NCBI GenBank assembly: GCA_013265495.1
Contig: MU058781.1
Span: forward strand, 7,917,009 to 7,981,008
DNA: 64,000 nt
Reading direction: 5' to 3'
From: Vicugna vicugna
Taxonomy: Eukaryota
A program made the translations under genes and the position numbers. Below, one piece after another: positions 14,170 to 26,242 of this stretch. Each line of letters begins with the position of its first letter. The stretch's first letter is position 1. The notes beneath the pieces are model-generated. The model was not told the origin of the DNA and ran no database searches. It worked only from the letters and a program-made list of their open reading frames with translations.

Positions 14170-17100
14170 CAGCCCCAAAGGCTGAAAACATCTAGAAATC
14201 TTGAATCCAGAGTTAACCAAACACTGAAATTAGCTATGGTCTTAGGACAGTCTGCCAAACCATGCTGCCATATAGCTCCATTCTTTCATGGAGGGCAGGA
14301 GACCACGCCTACAGTTGGATCTGGAATAGAAGCAAGATTAGAACCTCTGGGAACAGATAGCAAAGGGTAAACTAGGAGGAAAAAAAATTCACAGTGGAAG
14401 ATGATGCCAAAACTTGCCTATCTGTTTCTTTACTTGAGATAGAGGGGAGAAAGGCCGCATTAAACCTCATAATCACAAACCAGCATTCATGTAGCATTTG
14501 GGCTAGAATGCATCCTGTTTATATGATTCTTTAAAAAATCCCAGCAAAGAACTGTTTTCAAACGGTGCTTAGTTCGTAGTGATTTTAGGAACCTGGCATA
14601 AACAAAAGTAAATCTCCAATCAGAGGAACCATTTTAAACCCAGGCCTACTAGAACATCCACGATCAAAAGTTAAATTCCCACAATTATAAAGGAAATTAA
14701 CCTCATATCATATCAGCCATGAACTGGAACCTGGAGAAGTAACAAACAACAAATCAGACCCACAATAACTCCTGACATCCGAATGATTAGATACAGAATA
14801 GAATGTAAATTAACTCTAACATGTTTGAATAAGAAGGTATTGAGATGATTTCAAAAGGAGAGACTATCAAAATGAGGTATATTTGAAAATAACGATATAG
14901 ATCTTGCAGAAATACAATATACAGTAAGTGAAATTAAAATTTTAATCAACCAGCTAAACAGCTGGAAAGACAGAGCTGAAGACAAAACCAATGCCCTGGG
15001 AGACAAACCTGGAGGAGCCGCACAGAAGGAGGCCCCAAAGGATAGGGAGAGAAAGTACCAATGACAGGATTAACAGGAACAGGTGACAGAAAGATAATCC
15101 AACATCCGGCAACTGACATACTAGAACGAAAGAAAAGGAAGAACGTAGAAGAGGCAGCAGTCAAAGAAATACTAAGGTTTGTTTCAGAATTCATAAAAAA
15201 TGCAAAATCTCAGAATCCCAATATATCTAAAGCAGAGTAAAGCAACAGAAACCAATCCCTAGATAGACTGCAAAACTCTGCAGAGCATCAAAGACGAACG
15301 AAGATCTTAAAAGAAGGCAGAGGTTAAAGGCAAATTAACAAAAATAAAAATTAGACAGCTGAATTTTCAACAGTAATGACGGAAGTCAGAAAAGAGCAAA
15401 ATAATATCAACATGTGCAAAGGAAAAATACGTCAAGCCAGAAGTCTAAACCCAGTATAATTATTATTTTTTGGAACATGGGCCAAATAAAGGCATCAAAC
15501 AGAGTCAGAGTTCATACTATCAATAGAAGCTCACTAAAGATGGACCTACAGGATTTAAGGGAAATTAAAATGGGCAAAAAGAAAGGTCTGAGAGACAAGA
15601 AAAAATGGTGAGAAATTTGAGACAAGAAAGTAGTAAACATAGGTTAAACTGGGGAAAAAAAGACATTGAACATATAAAACAGTAGTATCGATTTTGTGGG
15701 TTTTTGTTTTTTTTTTTAAGCCACAGGAAAATAATAGCAAAGAAGACAGTAGGAAAGTAATGGGATTTCCAATATTCTAAAAATCACTACATTATTGGGT
15801 GAGAGGGAAATTAGGATCACCAAATTAAAATGCAGAATAAACACTAAAATCAAAAGAAATACCATAAAAACAGAGTAAGTAGAGGATACACAATAACACG
15901 ATTGAAATGAATCCAAGTGTTTCACTAATTAGAACAAATTCAAATGGACTAAATTCCATGTTAAAAGTCAGTGTTGCAGGCTAGAATTTTTAATATCTAG
16001 ATAAATGTAGTTTACATTAGACAACATAAAATATCACACTGATTGGACTTTTATTAATGTCAGAAACTGTATACTTTAGGACAAAAAATATTCTAAAGAT
16101 AATGGGAACATGATAGTATAAAAGGTTCAATTTACCAGAAGATATAGTAATTTAAATGCACCCAAAATACAGTTTCAAAATATATAAAATGAAAATTGAA
16201 AGAACTATCATAGTAAATTTATAAATCTGTCATAAGCAATCTTAAAACATCCTTTTTATTAATAAACAGTGAAAAATGAATAAGAATGTCCAAAATAGTA
16301 GCCGCAATATTATGAATTATATAGAATTATTCCTAATTGGAAAATGTACATTTTCTTAAATCACATGTATATTATCTGCAAAAATATAAAATGTTCTTTC
16401 ATGAAAATACAGTAACTAATCATTACAAAAATCAATATTAACAGAAAACTTGCTAAAAGGTCCATATACTTTGAAAATTAAAATATGCTTCTAAGTAACT
16501 CAGAAAACACTAATAAAATGATATTTAGAGGGAAAATTAATGTATCCAATGTCTATATTACAAGCAAGGAAAGCAGATAATTTAAGAAGTTTTAAAACAC
16601 ACAATTGACTCCAGTAAAGTATATGGAATGAAGTGATGAAAATATAGCAGAAATTAATGAAATAGGAAAAACATACAAAAGAAGATCACAGACAAAAGCT
16701 GATCTTTTAGAAAAGACCAATTAAAATGACAAACTTCTGGCATGACTGATGAATAAACAAGAGCATACGAATAAGCAATCTGGAAATGAAAAGGGTGTAT
16801 AACTACAGGTGCTACAAATGTTTTTCTAAATAGTAAGACAGTTCTCAACTTTATGCTACCAAAAAGGTTGAAATAAGAGTCAGAAAAAAAAATTATAATA
16901 TACCTTGCCAAATGAACTCAAGAAAAACAGACCACCTGAATAGTTTTAAAACCATTAAAGAAATTTAATCAGTAATTTAAAATATTCCCACAAATGAAAT
17001 ACCAGGCCCAGGCAAGTTCTATTCACTATTCAGGAACTGATAATTCCAATCTTACATATATAGTATTTCAGAAAATATAAAAAGAAGAAACACTATTCAA

Positions 17101-17255
17101 CTTGTTTTATGAGGCGAGTATAATTTTGATACAAAACCAGGAAAGGAAAATATAAGAAAGGAAAATTACAGGCCAGTTTTACTCATGAATACAGGTACAC
17201 CGTATTCCTTAACAAAATATTAACAAAACGAATCCAGCAATTTAAAAAGATACAA
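14170..17255 (+). mobile_element. Ancient L1 (L1M-type): 5' region, ORF1 and first part of ORF2, decayed
   Basis: A-rich + strand with L1 landmarks: AATGGACTAAATTCCATGTTAAAAG (ORF2 endonuclease region), AATACCAGGCCCAG, TTTTATGAGGCGAGTATAATTTTGATACAAAACCAG, CTTAACAAAATATTAACAAAACGAATCCAGCA. No intact frame; the 5' boundary is approximate. Confidence 0.8.
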
Positions 17256-18212
17256 ATTTTACACCAAACGCAAAAAAAAAGTGAAAACAAATTGGACGAC
17301 ACAAAAATTAAAAACTTCTTCATCAAAAAACACTATTAAGAGAGTGAAAGGCATCCTACTGAATGAGAGCAAATATCTGCAAATCACATAACTGATAAGA
17401 GGTTAATACCCTGAATATATAAAGAACTCTTACAACTCAACAACATATGGCCAGAGAGCATATGAGATAATGCTCAACAGGAGTAATCATTAGAGAAACA
17501 CAAATCAAAACTACAGTAAGATATTACCTCCTCCCCCTTAGTATTGCTACTGTCGGCAACACAGAAAATAACCAACGTCGGCAAGGCTGTGGAGAAATAG
17601 GAACCCTCATGCACCACTGGCAGGAATGTAAAATGGTACAGCTGCTATGGAAAACAGTATGGCAGTTCCTCAAAAAATTAAAAATAGAACTACCATAGGA
17701 TAGAGCAATTCCACTTCTGGGTATATATCCAAAAGTTTTGGAAGCAGGCTCTCTCAAGAGATATTTGCACAGCCATGTTCACAGCAGCTCTAACCACAAC
17801 AGCCAAGAGACCGCAGCAATCCAAATGTTCACTGACCGATGAATGGATAGGCAAAATGTGGTATATACATTGAATATTTAATACATTTAAAAAGAAAAGA
17901 AAATTTGAAACATGCTACAACTTAGATGAAGCTCAGGGATATTATGCTAAGTGAAATAAGCCAGTCACAAAAGGCAAATATTTCATACTTCCACCTATGT
18001 GAGGTATCCAGAATAGTCAAATTCATAGGAACAGAAAGCAAGATGATGGTTGCCAGGAGCTTGGAGGACGGGTACAGAGCTTCAGTTTTACAAGATGAAG
18101 ACGTCCTAGAGATCCGTTTCACAACATGAATATACTTAACATTGCTGAACTGCATATTTAGTAATGATTAAGACAGTAAACTTTGTGCGTTTTCTTAACA
18201 CAATAAATTTTT
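17256..18212 (+). mobile_element. Younger 5'-truncated L1 (L1MB-like ORF2 end and 3'UTR) nested in the older L1
   Basis: Better-preserved motifs AATGGTACAGCTGCTATGGAAAACAGTATGGCAGTTCCTCAAAAAATTAAAAATAGAACTACC, GCAATTCCACTTCTGGGTATATATCC and TTATGCTAAGTGAAATAAGCCAGTCACAAAAGG; ends CACAATAAA. Confidence 0.85.
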
Positions 18213-18219
18213 TAGAGAT

Positions 18220-20240
18220 TAATTTTAATTTATCCCAGGAATGTAAAGTTGCTTCAATTTTAGGAAATTTATCAATTTAATTTACCACAGTAACAAATAA
18301 AAGGAAATAGTGTGATTATCTCAAAAGATGAAAAAATTAATAAAAATCAATATTCATTCTTGACTAAAAAAAAAAAGACCTAACAAATCTTCTCAAATGA
18401 AAAGTTTTCTACATACACACACACACACACACAGAACAATTAACATCATTTTTAATGGTGAAACATTAAAATTTTTTTTTAAATCAAGGATAAGGCATGT
18501 TTTCCTGCACTTCCATATAACACCAGCCTGAAGGTCCTAACTAATACAATAATTATGGTGGAGCTGGGGAAAGGGAGGCCCAGGAAGGGAGGGAGGAGAG
18601 GAAAGAAGGCAGGGAGGAATAAAGGGAGAGATGCATGGAGGGATGGAAGGAGAAAAGCAGAAGAGAAGAAAAAAGGAAGGAAAAGTTAAAGGCATAAGGA
18701 AAGGAAAAAATAAAACTATTGTTTTTCTCATTTGATAAGATGGTATATAAAACAAGACGAATCTATAAAGTATCAAATTTAGTAAAACAGGTCAGCAAAG
18801 TTGCTAGATGTAGTCGTTACATAAAGGTCAATCTCATGTACATACAATAATGACAAGTAGAACCTTTAATTAATTTCAGATATATCCAAATATACCATGT
18901 CACCCAACATTAACTATCTAGAACAAAAGTCCTGCAAGACTTTTAGGGAAAATTATCAACTATTGTTTAAAGACATTAAGGAAGATGCAAGCAAATGGAG
19001 AGATTTATTATATTCACAGATTAGAAAATTTGATATTGTACTATTCAGCAAACTGAGCAAGAATCAGGGCAATTTTCACCCAAATTCAGACAAGACTTAA
19101 TGTGGAAATTAGCATTAATTCTAAGGTGTATGTGAAAGAGCAAGAGACCAAGAATGGTCAAGACATTCCTGAAGAGTCAAGAATTCATCCTCTGCCAGAC
19201 ATGAAGACTAAAAAGCCATTTTTAATTAAGGTGGTATAATTCTAAGATGCCCAATCTTAGAGCTTTAATACTCAAATCAGCTAACAGAACACAAATGAGA
19301 GCCAATGAAACAGACCCAGGTAAATGTAAACACTGAATGTATGACAGAGGTGATACCACACACCAATAGGAAAGCAGAGACTAGTTAGTTAATCATGCTG
19401 GGATAACCAGTTGCCCCTGCTAGGAAAAAAAAAAATGGACTCGGACCTCTTCCTCATACCTTTAAAAAAAAAAACAATTTCAGACTGATTGAGGGCTTAG
19501 CACTTGTAGCAAAAGAATGTGATAATGTCTTTTTGATAAAAAGAAGTATTCTTAAACAGGACACAAAAAGGGAAAACAAAGAAAATGACTGATAAGTCAT
19601 AAGAAAATAATTGACAAGAACTCTGTTTATCAAAAGATACCTAATAGAGGATGAAAATGCCAGCCACAAAGTAAGAATGATTATTTGCAAGGCACATAAT
19701 CATCATAAGATTAATGTAAGAATATTTCTAATACTTAATTTTTTTTAAAAGGGTGGTAAATTATATGGAAAAGAAGACAAAACATGCATGGACAATATTA
19801 ATATATGGAAAATGGTCAACCTCATTAAAATACTCAAGGAGAGGGAATTAAAAACAAAAGGAGGTAAAATTCTGACAATGCAATGTATTAGACGGAATAC
19901 AGAGCAAGAGAGACACACACTGTGGTAGGAGTACATAGTATTTGGAAAGCAATGTTGTCATTAGCTTGCAGAGCTGAAGAGCTACAAACCCTTGAATTAA
20001 CAATTCTACTGTGCAAATACATGAAATCAGTTTAACGGTTACTATTTTGTTAATAAAAATTATAGACAGAATAGAAGTTAATAACGCATCACAAAAGGAA
20101 TATGCCTTAGAGGTAATCTGGCACCTCTGTATCAGCACACAAGCACAATAATGAACAGAGCAGCATTATTTACAAGAGCAAAAATAAATGGAAGCAGCCC
20201 CAGTGTCCACCAGCAGGAGAACTGGTAAATAAAATGGACA
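18220..20240 (+). mobile_element. Continuation of the ancient L1 ORF2, decayed, with a purine-rich low-complexity insert at ~18565-18710
   Basis: Resumes with TTTATCCCAGGAATG, which in L1 ORF2 closely follows the GAATCCAGCA...AAAAAG segment broken at ~17250; later AAAGACATTAAGGAAGATGCAAGCAAATGGAGAGAT. Confidence 0.75.
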
Positions 20241-21618
20241 GGCAATGTGATAAACGCATTTGAGCCTTACCGTTCTTATCTAATGGACTCTCCCTGTTCC
20301 AGGGGCCTCTGCTCTGGTAAATTCTCCCTTTCCCTCTGGAGAATAAAATCTGTTATTTCTGGATATCTGCCCTCTACACTGTATTTATATATAACTGACC
20401 TACTGGATTCAAACCACAGTTTTATTTCAGAACTAGTATAAATACCCAAGGGCCTTATTTATTCTAGCATTTCCACTTCCATTCCCCCACCTCACAATGC
20501 AGAGCCACAAACACACACAAACATACACACGTCTCGTCACCCTCCTCACCTGACCTCCAAAATAGTCAGGTTCCTTAAATACCTGTGACAATCTCTGCTG
20601 CCTCTCTGTGACAGTAGCTTAATGCCCTTAGAACCCTAACTCCATATTTAGGATCAAGAAAACGACTTTTCAACACCTGAACAAGAATAGAGGATGATTA
20701 AGATACAAATTTTATATGCCAGCTTATTTTATTCCTAATTACATTCTTAGTAAATGATGTTAATATTTAACAGGAATGGCTTTGTCACTCAGTGCTTTTG
20801 CCCAGTAAAAACCAGCGCCCAGAGCATTTTATTGGCACTAAAGCAGTCAGCTGTGACATAGGATAACGGCAAGGGTAAAGAAATGCTGCTCCATTTCTAA
20901 ATTAAATGTCTCCTCAATGCCTTGACTGTTCAGGTAGAAACAGCACTTTGCTATTTCCCAAAGAAATTGACTCCTTTACAATGAAAAACAATCAACAGTG
21001 CATTTTCCACAAACCCAAGGAGACTGTAACATATGTATGGATTGCAGTAATTTTAAAAGGTGTTGACCATATTCTCATAATAGAGTTGCCCGTTTAAACC
21101 AACGCTGACCCTCTTGGATGTCTACGTATTATGCGGTTTAAGTAAACCAAAGCAGATGCTATACCTGTAATCCAGAAAGAACCACAACGGTCGTCCATAC
21201 CCCATGCTTGTAGAAGGGAGAAGGGCAAAATGACTTACTCAGCAAAGTGTATTTCAACAGCATTGTCCTCCATCCTCAAAACCCAGCATCACCAAACTAG
21301 TTACTTGAAGCTACGGTGTCAGCTTGAACAGTGTTCTCCAGACTGTTATGATGCCTGTTGAACAAAATATCAGATTTAGGAGTTCGTTCATCTTACAAAA
21401 TGATTCACATATGATTTCTTGAGCTATATTATTTCCTTAGTGCACATAAAAATGCGACTTGAGAAAAACTTCTCCTGCAATTTAAATTTACTACTTGTCC
21501 CTCATCTAGCATGACATGTGTCCATGGTCAAGTGACCCTATGCAGAAGATATATTTTCATCTATATATTTCAGAGCATGTAAACAGACCCTAAATTAATG
21601 TAAAGCCACTTAATGAAA

Positions 21619-21638
21619 CATCATCATCATCATCATCA
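21619..21638. repeat. (CAT)n microsatellite
   Basis: About 6 CAT units, seen directly. Confidence 0.9.
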
Positions 21639-22276
21639 CTAAAATCATGTTTTTGTGTCTATTTCTGTATGGCTCTGTACCAGGCACGATGAAAAGTCAG
21701 AATTAAAATGTCTCTCCCTCACAGGATATGCAATTTAAAATAAAACAGGAAATGCAAATCTCAACCTCTCTGTCTTGAAGGCTAATTTCAGGACTTGGGC
21801 TTCAAGAGAGGTCTTAATGAAGAGAAGGAGCCTGTATTCAAGGGTTTCAGGGGAAAAAAACACTCCAGAAGAGACCACATCACAAAAGGGGCATGGTTAC
21901 TAAGGTGACCAAGGGGCAAATTCCCTACAGTGGAGCTCAGTGTACCTGAATATCAGAAAGCAAATATATTTCATTAATATTCCACCATCTCCTGAGAACC
22001 CATTCATCTGGCTAGCAGGACCAAAGAGTGTTCTAACATTCAGCCACTACTTAAGAAGACTTCACTTACTTTGAGATCCTACCTAGACCAAGCCAATAAT
22101 CTTTAAAAACCTAGATTAGAGAAATACTTACATTTAAGAATCGTTCCTCAATCTTACTTAATTCCTAGTAGCAATCAGTAGTGATTGTTTTTCTCTAAGC
22201 TATTCTTGCAAAAAGGAATTTTTTAAAACCCTATTAGGGTCTCTCAAGATAATACAATTCTATGATTCTTCCAGGC

Positions 22277-22456
22277 TAGTGGTTCTCTGGGTGTGGCCCT
22301 GGGAAGAGGGCCTCAGCTTCACCTGGCAGCTTGTACAAAATGGAATTTCCTAGGCTCCACCCCAGACCTGCTCAGATATTTGGGGATGAGGCTCAGCCAT
22401 CTAGATTACCAAGAACCTCAGGTGACTCTGCTACACGCTTTAGTTGAAAACCATTG
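22277..22456 (+). mobile_element. MER5A (hAT-Charlie MITE)
   Basis: TAGTGGTTCTC...TCACCTGG...CCACCCCAGACCTGCT...CAGGTGACTCTG...TGAAAACCATTG, with recognisable terminal inverted repeats. Confidence 0.85.
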
Positions 22457-23479
22457 CTCTGTACCTGTCCGATAACAGCACAATCCATGCTTGCCCTGGT
22501 CCTACTGTCAAGACAGGTATTTCAGCTCACCTGTTCAAATACTGCAAGAAAAAAAAAATGGTTTTGTTGTTTAACCTTAACCCAGAAAAGGACATTTACG
22601 TTGGTCAGTAAATACTCCCCAAATAGAGTAATTCCTAAGTACTTCTCACTCAAACTTGCAGTGTTACGGGGATTGTAGATGGCAGTGTTTCACAAAGCAG
22701 TTGACAATATACTGCCAATGAAGCCAACACATTTAATAAGCTCCCAAGGGTTTTCATTCTCTCCTGGGCCTCACGCTGAGGAGAACCCTAACAGGCTGTG
22801 TCCTTTGTGTGCCAGAGAGAGGGTGGCCCCAGGAGGAAGGTCTGGAAAAAGTCTCCTGGAAGGTCTAAGAGTTTAAAAAAATAAAAAAGCTTAAGATTTC
22901 TTTCCTGCTTATCAGCCTTGAAGGTGTTACCCGCCCCCGCTGCCCCCCTGCCCCACCCCCAGCAGATTTGAGACACTTCCAGTGGGCCAGGCCCAGTTCA
23001 TGGCCCAGGTCCAGTTCTCACTGTCAAGGTCTGGAAATTAATGGTTTTATAGTGAGGGAACCTCATTCCCCTGAAATCTTAGTCTGATAACCATCAGTGA
23101 TAGTTAAAACCACACAACCCTTTTTGAAATACCAAACAATCTAAGCCGAATCGACAAGAAAATCAACTTCTTTAACGAGCAAACCACAAGAGATTTCTTT
23201 ATGCACGTGAGGCCAAAACCGCGCCAAGTCTCTGGAAAATTCTCTACCTGCGTGAGCCCCAGGCCCCGTTCCCGTCGTCCCCGGGAATGAAGACCCTCCT
23301 GCCTATCACTAACCCCGATGACCTCACACCAAACTTAACTAAGAAAAGGGAGAGGGAAAAAACACTATTTCAGCACCGGTCATTAAAAAAAAAAAAAAAA
23401 AAAAAAAAGCACACACGCACATTGATAATAACATCGAACTCCCTCCAAAATTAGCCTCCACCGTCCTATAAATTGGTTT

Positions 23480-24360
23480 TCTTTGTAATCTAAAATTGAC
23501 TCGCGGTGCACTCGTTAGAAAAGAGTCGCTGAAAAGCCGGGGCCTCCGAGCTTTCGGATCCCGCCGGCCTTTCATCGTGTAAACAAACGCATCAGATTTA
23601 AAGCTTTCCCATAATTGTTATGCTAACCTTGGAGCGAAACCTCTCCATTTGCATTTGAAGGAGCTAAATATTAGGCAGGAAAGAAAGTGCTCTTTTTGAA
23701 AGCCTGAGAAAATGTCCCGGCCCGGGGCCGCTCCGCCATCTGGGCCGCGGGCTGGGCGCGCGCGCCCGCCCGCCCCCCGCTCCTTGGCAGCGGCGCCGGG
23801 AGGGCCGGCCTCGGGCTGCAGAAGAATGCAGAAGGGCCTCCGGGGCCTCGGCGCGCGGCCCTTCCCCGCTCGGGGCCGGGGGCGGCCCGGGGACGTGGGA
23901 GGGGGGCGCGCCGGGGGACCGGCGGCGCGGCCTCAGGCGCTCGCCCTTCTCCCCGCGCGCGCTCCGAGGGCGCCGCTCGGCCCCCGGCGCGCGGGGTTGG
24001 GCGCCGGCGTCCACGCGGCGGGGGGAGGGGCCCGCCGGCGCCGGCGTGGGGGCGGGGAAGGCACACCTGCCCTCGGAAGCCCAGGTTCCTCTCCTGTAAG
24101 CGCCCTGACGCCCTTTGAACCTGAGCTCGGAGAGCATCCAGATCCAGCCGGTTTAGTCGAGGCTAATACTGTCAGCACCCTTAAGCACATTCATCTGGGA
24201 GTAATTAAAAATAAAGACACTGGCCCTTGGGGGCTTTGGAAAGCAGGGAGGGAAGTTTCTAACCTCCCATCAGCCCATTCGGGGGGAGGAATGAAGAAAA
24301 GCCATGCAGTCCGCTACCTTTTCATGCAAACTGCACCAAAGCATGCGGAGGGCGAGTCCC
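23480..24360. promoter_or_regulatory. CpG island, probable promoter (core ~23715-24150)
   Basis: Abrupt very GC- and CpG-rich stretch (GCGCGCGCGC, overlapping CCGCCC boxes at ~23765-23780) in an otherwise AT-rich, CpG-depleted window; not repeat-like. Confidence 0.9.
23578..23654. promoter_or_regulatory. TF-motif cluster: forkhead, Sox-Oct composite, octamer
   Basis: TGTAAACAAA at 23578-23587, AATTGTTATGCTAAC at 23613-23627 and ATTTGCAT at 23647-23654. Motif match only, no binding data. Confidence 0.55.
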
Positions 24361-24914
24361 AGGGACATCCTTCCTGGGAGAACATCCACGGCATCAGAAA
24401 CCGGAACAGAGCTGGAGGGGATGAGATGCTGCTGGAGTCGAAGAATCTAATTATTTCCTTTCACCACTTCTCATTGTAATCTCGTTGCTAATATGATTCA
24501 AAGGTGTTTTGATTTTAAAATGATTTTGCTGTTGTCAGAATTAGCATTTTTCACTAGTCCTAGGAGATGTTCCAGAGGAGAACGGTATTTTTATCTTCTT
24601 AGATCATTGAGGCTGCAAGTAACCCTGGTAGCTGCTAAGAGATGGAATTCTTTAGGCTAGAACTGCAGGATGCACAAAATAACTGGCGGAAAGAAGAATG
24701 CAGGCCAGCACTCGAATCCTTTACAGGGACCAAAAGGATTCAGCAGTGACCCAAGGTCTATACGGAGACAGAGAATGAAATACATTGTTTTTCCTAGTCA
24801 TGAACTGAGCATCAGTGTTTGACAAGTCCCTAAAGTGAATCAGCTGCCACTTATTTATTTCATAAGTATTGATTAAACGGCTACAAGCTTAGGTTTGGTT
24901 TTGCTTGTTTTTTA

Positions 24915-25115
24915 AGACTCAGGACCTTGGCCTCAGATAATCCCCGTTCCAGATCTGGTTTCTCACGCTTACTACCTTGGTGGCCCCTGTCAAGTTACTT
25001 TGCCTTTCTAAATTCCAATTTCTCATCTGTAAAATGGGTATATCAAATAAAACACAGTGCCTGGCATATACTAAGCACTCTACACATGCTATTGCTATGT
25101 ATTTATTATCAGCAC
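24915..25115 (+). mobile_element. MIR SINE
   Basis: CAAGTTACTTTGCCTTTCT...TTTCTCATCTGTAAAATGGG...CACAGTGCCTGGCATATACTAAGCACTC matches the MIR core and 3' end. Confidence 0.85.
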
Positions 25116-25189
25116 TGTCGTCATTGTCTTTTCCCTGAAGACTCTAACAAGAACCTTTAAAAATATATATTAAGTGAAGCCACTGAATA

Positions 25190-26210
25190 GGGGCATTCAA
25201 AAATATATATCTGTTGCCAGTTTCTGTTCCAGGTGCTAGAGATAAATGAATAAGACAGCAAAGTTCCTTGCTCTCATGGGCTTTATGTTCTAGTCAGGGA
25301 GATAAACAACAGATAGAGAAGTATTCAATATGATCATTGCAGAAAGCCATAGATTTCATAAAGAAAATACACCAGGGACTTGAGAGGGCAAGTGATTGAG
25401 GCTCGTGCTGAGGGAGGAGGGAATGGCTCGTTCAGATGAGATGGACAGAGCCCCTCCCAGAGGAAGAGGCAATGATAGGCGTCCGCCAGGGAAAAGTGGG
25501 CTGGAGAAACAGGCAGGGCCAGATCTTGTAGGATCAGGAGCTCCAGAATCTTTTCAGAGCAATGAGAGATCATGAGAAGGTTTCAGGGGAGGGAATGACA
25601 TGGTGTGATTTATTATTTAGAAAGGTCACTCTGGCTCCTATGTGGCAAATAGGCAATTGAGGAGTGGTGGGGGAGGATAGGGCAAAAGTGGTCCTCAGTC
25701 CTCCTTGCACCTGGGAAGTTTTTAGAAAGCCAAGCCCCACCTGTAGGCATGGAGGAATGCCTAGGCGTTGTTTTTCCTGGCTTTGTTCTGGTTCTAAACT
25801 CCCAGGTGATTCTAATGTATAGTAAGTGTTGAAAACGCTAATTTAGACACTATCTCAATTTTCCGATGAAAGATGAAGTGGTAGAAGTGGAGACACTAAG
25901 AGGTGGTCATAGTCAGGCTATGTCTTGGTGGGTAGAAGCAAATCAACCTGCTAATGGATTAGAAGTGACAGGGTTGGGTGGGCAGAGAAAGATAGGAATG
26001 AGGAATGACCTTGCGGTTGGCACAACAGTATAGCTGGTGATTCCATTTACCAGGATGGCAAAAATGAAGTCAAAGTAGAATGAGAGATGAAGACCGGAAT
26101 CAAGAATCCTGACCTTGTTATGTATCTGATGATTATTTGACATATATTAACATAACAATCATCGAATTATTCAGTGGAGACATTTAAGCAGGCAGTTGAT
26201 TTGAGAGACA
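25190..26210 (-). mobile_element. L2 LINE fragments (interrupted by a MER5-like MITE at ~25686-25842)
   Basis: CCAGGTGCTAGAGATAAATGAATAAGACAG...CCTTGCTCTCATGG...TTCTAGT and AGAAAGGTCACTCTGGCT are typical antisense L2 3' motifs. Confidence 0.7.
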
Positions 26211-26242
26211 GGAGGACAAAACTCTAAATGTCATATGTATGG

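Noticed and set aside
17524..19100. ORFs with L1 ORF2-like peptides (also 32149-32403 and 36573-36767)
   Set aside because: Short remnants of decayed L1; no intact ORF1 or ORF2.
23480..24360. Assigning a gene name to the island
   Set aside because: I compared it mentally with 5' ends I remember (e.g. DLEU2, ATXN1) and found no match; a BLAT search is needed.
23664..24479. Long ORFs in the CpG island (255 aa on +; 157, 131 and 85 aa on -)
   Set aside because: Overlapping Gly/Ala/Arg/Pro-rich frames on both strands are expected from stop-codon scarcity in very GC-rich DNA; no recognisable domain.
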